A stretch of 64,000 nucleotides of DNA from positions 682,001 through 746,000 of the forward strand of contig NW_027191417.1 in NCBI RefSeq assembly GCF_041146345.1. The letters are read 5' to 3'. This document shows positions 59,994 through 64,000 of the stretch, piece by piece. The translations under genes were made by a program, and so were the position numbers. Within the stretch, counting starts at the first letter, position 1; each line of letters begins with the position of its first letter. The DNA comes from Neodothiora populina. Taxonomy: Eukaryota. Below the pieces are notes generated by a model. It was not told the DNA's origin. It made no database searches and saw only the letters and a program-made list of their open reading frames with translations.

Positions 59994-61322
59994 GGCGGCA
60001 GATGGATCAATGGGCTATGAGATGGCAGATGTTTCCTTCACCAGGAGGCCAGAAGGTGGGTGGTAGTAGACACGACTGCGTGTCAAGACTGTGGGATTTC
60101 CCAGCGTACAGGATGTGTTGAGCACGGCCAAGCTGTCAGATCAGGCAGATGTGTAAAGTAGGTGACCAAAAGGAGTCAGCTGGGACGGTGATAGTACCAC
60201 GTCGAGGGCAGGTGATTATATGAGTGAGGCACCGGCGTCACAATGGCGATGTCGAGGTTGCCCTAATGCTCTGGAATTGATGCACTGAATGGAAATTGTG
60301 CAGAGTGTTAATAACACGATCTTGCAGAGCTGCTGGATTTGGCGCAGGTGCTGAAGGGGTGAAGGAGGGAGGTGGGCCTGGGAAGTGGATACTCGGTCAG
60401 GGCGCATGCATGGGGTTTATGGCGATGTGATACCGTGGCTATAACGGAGAACGACAAGTGGATTTGAGGATGATGATGTTCCTGACCGCCACGGCACAAG
60501 AGAGGACACAGAGAAAAGTTGCAAGAGGTGCCAATATACAGCAGTAGCAGCAGCACACTAGAGTAAAGCCGTCACCGCCAGATAGGAGGGACAGAGGCAG
60601 TGAACATACAATAATAATATGTCAAAGCAATAGACCACCCAAGCACCGCCGCAAACCCCAAAGCTGCACTGTGTGGACGCTGTCCCGCGCCCGAGTATTG
60701 AGCACACTTACTCCGCTATCCGTCTTGCCCGTATAAAACAGTACAGCGCATTCCTAGCACATCAGTTTTAGCCTTATCCTTAGACACCTTACTGTATCTC
60801 TACTTGTATAAGTACAGTACTGTGCCTGTTGCCAAGATCTTGTATCGTTAGTAACGACCCCACAGATGCATCAGGGTTCGGGATCAGGTTCAGGCTCTGG
60901 TTTGGGGCTTGGGTTGATACAATACGGTACCTTAGATTGTTCCTGTGTTGGGTGAAACCAAGAGGGTCCACAGGCAGTTTGAAGTCAGCCTTACAGCTGT
61001 ACATTTGGCCTATGATGTCGAATTCGCGCCTGCCCCAGAAAGCCATCTAAGAAATATTTTTGCATGTGATTGTAGTGGCTATTTTGGTACCTTGTTCACA
61101 ATACGACATCTACTGTACTGTATACTAATCTCAGCCTGTCATACAACTGCATGTAGGACATTTTGATAATAGTTCTCTGTAAAGTAAGTTGCCTTGTCTC
61201 CGTTACGCAGATGATGTCTTTCCATGTCGTATTCCTCAGTATCAATACTCATCCCAAGTAGACTTCCAGTACAAGAGAGCGACCTAGGTGAATCGTCTGT
61301 GATCAGAATAGAAGAACAAGAA

Positions 61323-62117
61323 ATGCGCTCCCACCTAGACCCTAGCGAGCTCGGGACCAAGGCATAGTACGGCTCAATTCTGTCAACAATGTCTCTGAAC
61401 CCCGTAGCTGATGAAGAGAACTTGTCGCTCAGCTGGGACGAGGCCTACAAACGCGAAATCACGAACCACGCCGAGGATGCCGCTGACCAGGGAACAATCT
61501 GGTTCGATGATAGTGGCGCCGAGGAGAAAGTCATAGATCGCCTGGAGTCACTCGAAGAGCAGGGTCTCTTGCGAAAAGAGGGCGACGATTCCACGCCTGC
61601 CTCCAGGATACTCGACCTCGGCACCGGAAACGGTCACATGATTTTCTCCCTGCGAGAGGAAGGATGGATGGGTGAATTGGTCGGGGTCGATTACAGCGAA
61701 GCCAGTGTCCAATTGGCGAAGCAGATTGCAAAGCAGATCCACGAGGACGCAGTCGATGACCTTCCACTACGTTTCGAGCCCTGGGATATACTGGGCGAGC
61801 AGCCAGGGAGCTGGCTTGACTCGGGATTCGATGCCGTTCTCGACAAAGGTACTTTCGATGCCATCTCCCTCTCCTCTGAGACCGATGCTCAAGGCCGTAG
61901 AATATGTGAGAACTACCGTGACAAGATCACTCCTTTGATCCGTTCTGGCGCTTTGTTCATCATCACAAGCTGCAACTGGACAAAGGAAGAGCTCCTCAAC
62001 TGGTTCATCGTCCCGGATGGAGAGTTACAGTACTTTGATGAAGCCATGTATCCCACTTTCACCTTTGGTGGTCAGAAGGGGCAAAGTGTGTGTACCCTCA
62101 TATTCCGAAAGCGATAG
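61323..62117 (+). CDS. EFM4: Protein-lysine N-methyltransferase Efm4/See1 (eEF1A); exons 61323-61366, 61433-62117
   Basis: HLDPSELGTKAYWD after splicing, GTIWF, ILDLGTGNGH, GVDYS, LDKGTFDAISL, ITSCNWT, YPTFTFGGQKG; an alternative in-frame ATG lies at 61224. Confidence 0.92.
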
Positions 62118-62481
62118 TCCGACTTGCGCTTGCAACAAAGAAAAAGAATTCAGTTTGAGATACCCTATTTTGCCTCGCTTAGATACAGTTTGCAACTATC
62201 ATCATTCAAGTGTCTGAGATAGCACGTCCGACGCGCGAAAGCACTCTGGACTGCCCGCTTTTCCTTGACACCTCACTGCTTAGCTCCCTAGATTTTTCCG
62301 CCTGTAATCATTGTTTCCATTGAACAACAGTGCCACACTTGGAAGGGGTCTATAATCACACCTTGGTATATCTTTATTATCGCCAGCCTGGTAGAGACTT
62401 CTGCTCGGGCGAGATACCCTAGACTCCGTCTCCCTCTCCTCCTGCCTCGGCCATCTCAACATCGCTTTTACATGCTCCTCT

Positions 62482-63213
62482 TCATCCTCGAGTACCCTCT
62501 TCCTTCGTGATCTCAACAGTGACAGGGTTGTCCTTGACCGTCTGATCCTTGCCTTTGGTCTCGAGAGTCTGGCCGTCGGAGGCATCCTCGACAGGAGAAG
62601 CAATAGCATTCTTCGCATCTTCCTCGACGGCGATTTCGGCCTTTGGTGTGGCAGCAGCGGTTGACCTACGTACCCTTTTAGTGGCACGAGGCGCGGTGAT
62701 GATAGCATAGTCATCGGCATCGCTATCTTCATCGGCAGCAACAGGGACTGCGCGCTTGCCGCCCTTCTTGTTGGGTTTCTTGACGGTCTTCTTGTCTCCT
62801 TTCTTGTCTCCTTTTTCATCTCCTTTCTTGCCACCTTTAGCCTTGGCAGTGACGGCAGGCTCATCGTTATCGTTGGCGGGCTTCTTCGATCTATACAGAG
62901 CATTTAGCAACGGACATTTGCAATAAAGGAGCAGTGATCCTGCATACTCAGCCGCCTCAAAGTCCTTTCTAGCAAGAACTCTCAACTTCTTGATTCTGGA
63001 CTCGACTGCATTGGGAGTGCAGGTGACTTCTGGGGTCGACATGGCTGCAGCGGCAGCTTCGTAGTCGAGCTTCACGGCGCTATCCTTGAGAAAGAACAGG
63101 AACAGCTTGCGGTCAGTCTCGGCTGGTCGAGCGTCAGCAAGATTCGTCATGATGTATTTTGTTACTCGCAAGGGTTAAGGGGGAGATTTACCGCTCCAAG
63201 TGACTCCAGGCAT
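62482..63213 (-). CDS. Hypothetical protein with short N-terminal helical (Myb-like) domain and Lys/acidic low-complexity tail; exons 63213-63192, 63122-62948, 62890-62482
   Basis: MPGVTWSAETDRKLFLFFL..LDYEAAAAAM..CTPNAVESRIKKLR after removing a GTAAAT..CTGAC..CAG intron; pattern common in small fungal nuclear proteins; C-terminus uncertain. Confidence 0.75.
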
Positions 63214-63725
63214 CTTGAAGTTTGTATATAGGTGTGGGCCTTTGAGATAGAATACACCGAGAGAATGTGTGTAAGAGGGGCAGGTTGACGTTGCAAGGAT
63301 GGTACAAGATGAAAGAGGAAGAAGAGAAGGTGGAAGGGTAGATGTCGAGTTGTAAGGCACCAGCAAGCAGTCCACGGGAAGTACAATATGCTTCACTGTA
63401 GAAAGCAATGCATGTGAGGACTAGAGCACGGGGAAATGTAAGTGACGATGTAGTCCCAGACCTCTGAGGCTTTCAGTGAGTGTTTTTGATGATTCAGAAG
63501 GATTAGTCCGAGACAGAGCCCGCTTTGCACCGTGTGGAAAGTGTGTTGTTATGCTTCACTTGACGCATGTCGAACATCAGTGGAGGGGAAACGGGGTGTT
63601 GCTTCTCTTCATATCTGTTCAGCCGTGATTCGATTCCGTCACTCGCATCTATGTGATCAGTTCTCATTCAGTCATCGACAAGCCTATCGTTGGCATACTC
63701 TATGTACACGGGTCCGCGTCCGGCG

Positions 63726-64000
63726 TCACGAACTGTTCCTCTTCAGTCTCGCTATAGTGAGCCACCTCTTCCTCTCGGTGACATTCTCTCGACCTCCATC
63801 TTTCTCCTTGGCCCACTCTCTCCTGACGCCATTTGCATCCTCTTCATAGATTTCCACCACGCCGAGCCCTTCCTCCTCTGCGACATGGAAGAAAGCAGCC
63901 AGCTTCGCACGACCCGTGTGGAAGCCACCGATTACCAGAGCGGTAGCGTCGTCGCCCTTGGACGCAGAGAGGAAGTGGAGCATGGAGCGAGCGAGGTTCC
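63726..64000 (-). CDS. 3' end of an NNT1/EFM7-like (family 16) SAM methyltransferase, truncated by the window edge
   Basis: NLARSMLHFL..ALVIGGFHTGRAKLAAFF..EIYEED..RREW..ERKRWLTIARLKR; SAM-binding motif lies outside the window. Confidence 0.7.
   Translation of the reverse strand, partial: NLARSMLHFLSASKGDDATALVIGGFHTGRAKLAAFFHVAEEEGLGVVEIYEEDANGVRREWAKEKDGGRENVTERKRWLTIARLKRNSS

Overview
Eukaryotic, intron-containing fungal genomic DNA (Pezizomycotina; gene content and 46-170 nt GT-AG introns with CTRAC branch sites fit a filamentous ascomycete or black yeast, which is an inference). It is a gene-dense core region with about 23 protein-coding genes: a C2H2/fungal-specific TF, a Pro/Ser-rich protein with a C-terminal Cys4 motif, TIM21, an augmin HAUS3-like protein, TIP41, Aurora kinase, ATP23, PRO1, SEC27, a SnoaL/NTF2-like protein, the signalling mucin MSB2, MCD4, a conserved hypothetical, HPPK-DHPS (FOL1-like), nitronate monooxygenase, a Zn2Cys6 TF, a hidden 64-aa two-exon membrane microprotein, a Whi5/Nrm1-like repressor, GRR1, an Ark1/Prk1 (NAK) kinase, EFM4, an orphan, and a partial NNT1/EFM7-family methyltransferase. 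I saw no transposon, tRNA, rRNA or CRISPR. Best leads: (1) a ~280-nt run of five adjacent G-U-containing helices on the minus strand at 7237-7516 that matches no RNA family I recognise; (2) a family of TAC-spacer-GTA and TAAGGTA motifs concentrated in intergenic DNA; (3) the microprotein gene missed by the ORF track; (4) three reading-frame breaks (NAK kinase, SnoaL-like gene, orphan) that are cryptic introns, recoding or assembly indels. All exon boundaries were read by eye and family calls rest on remembered motifs, not searches.
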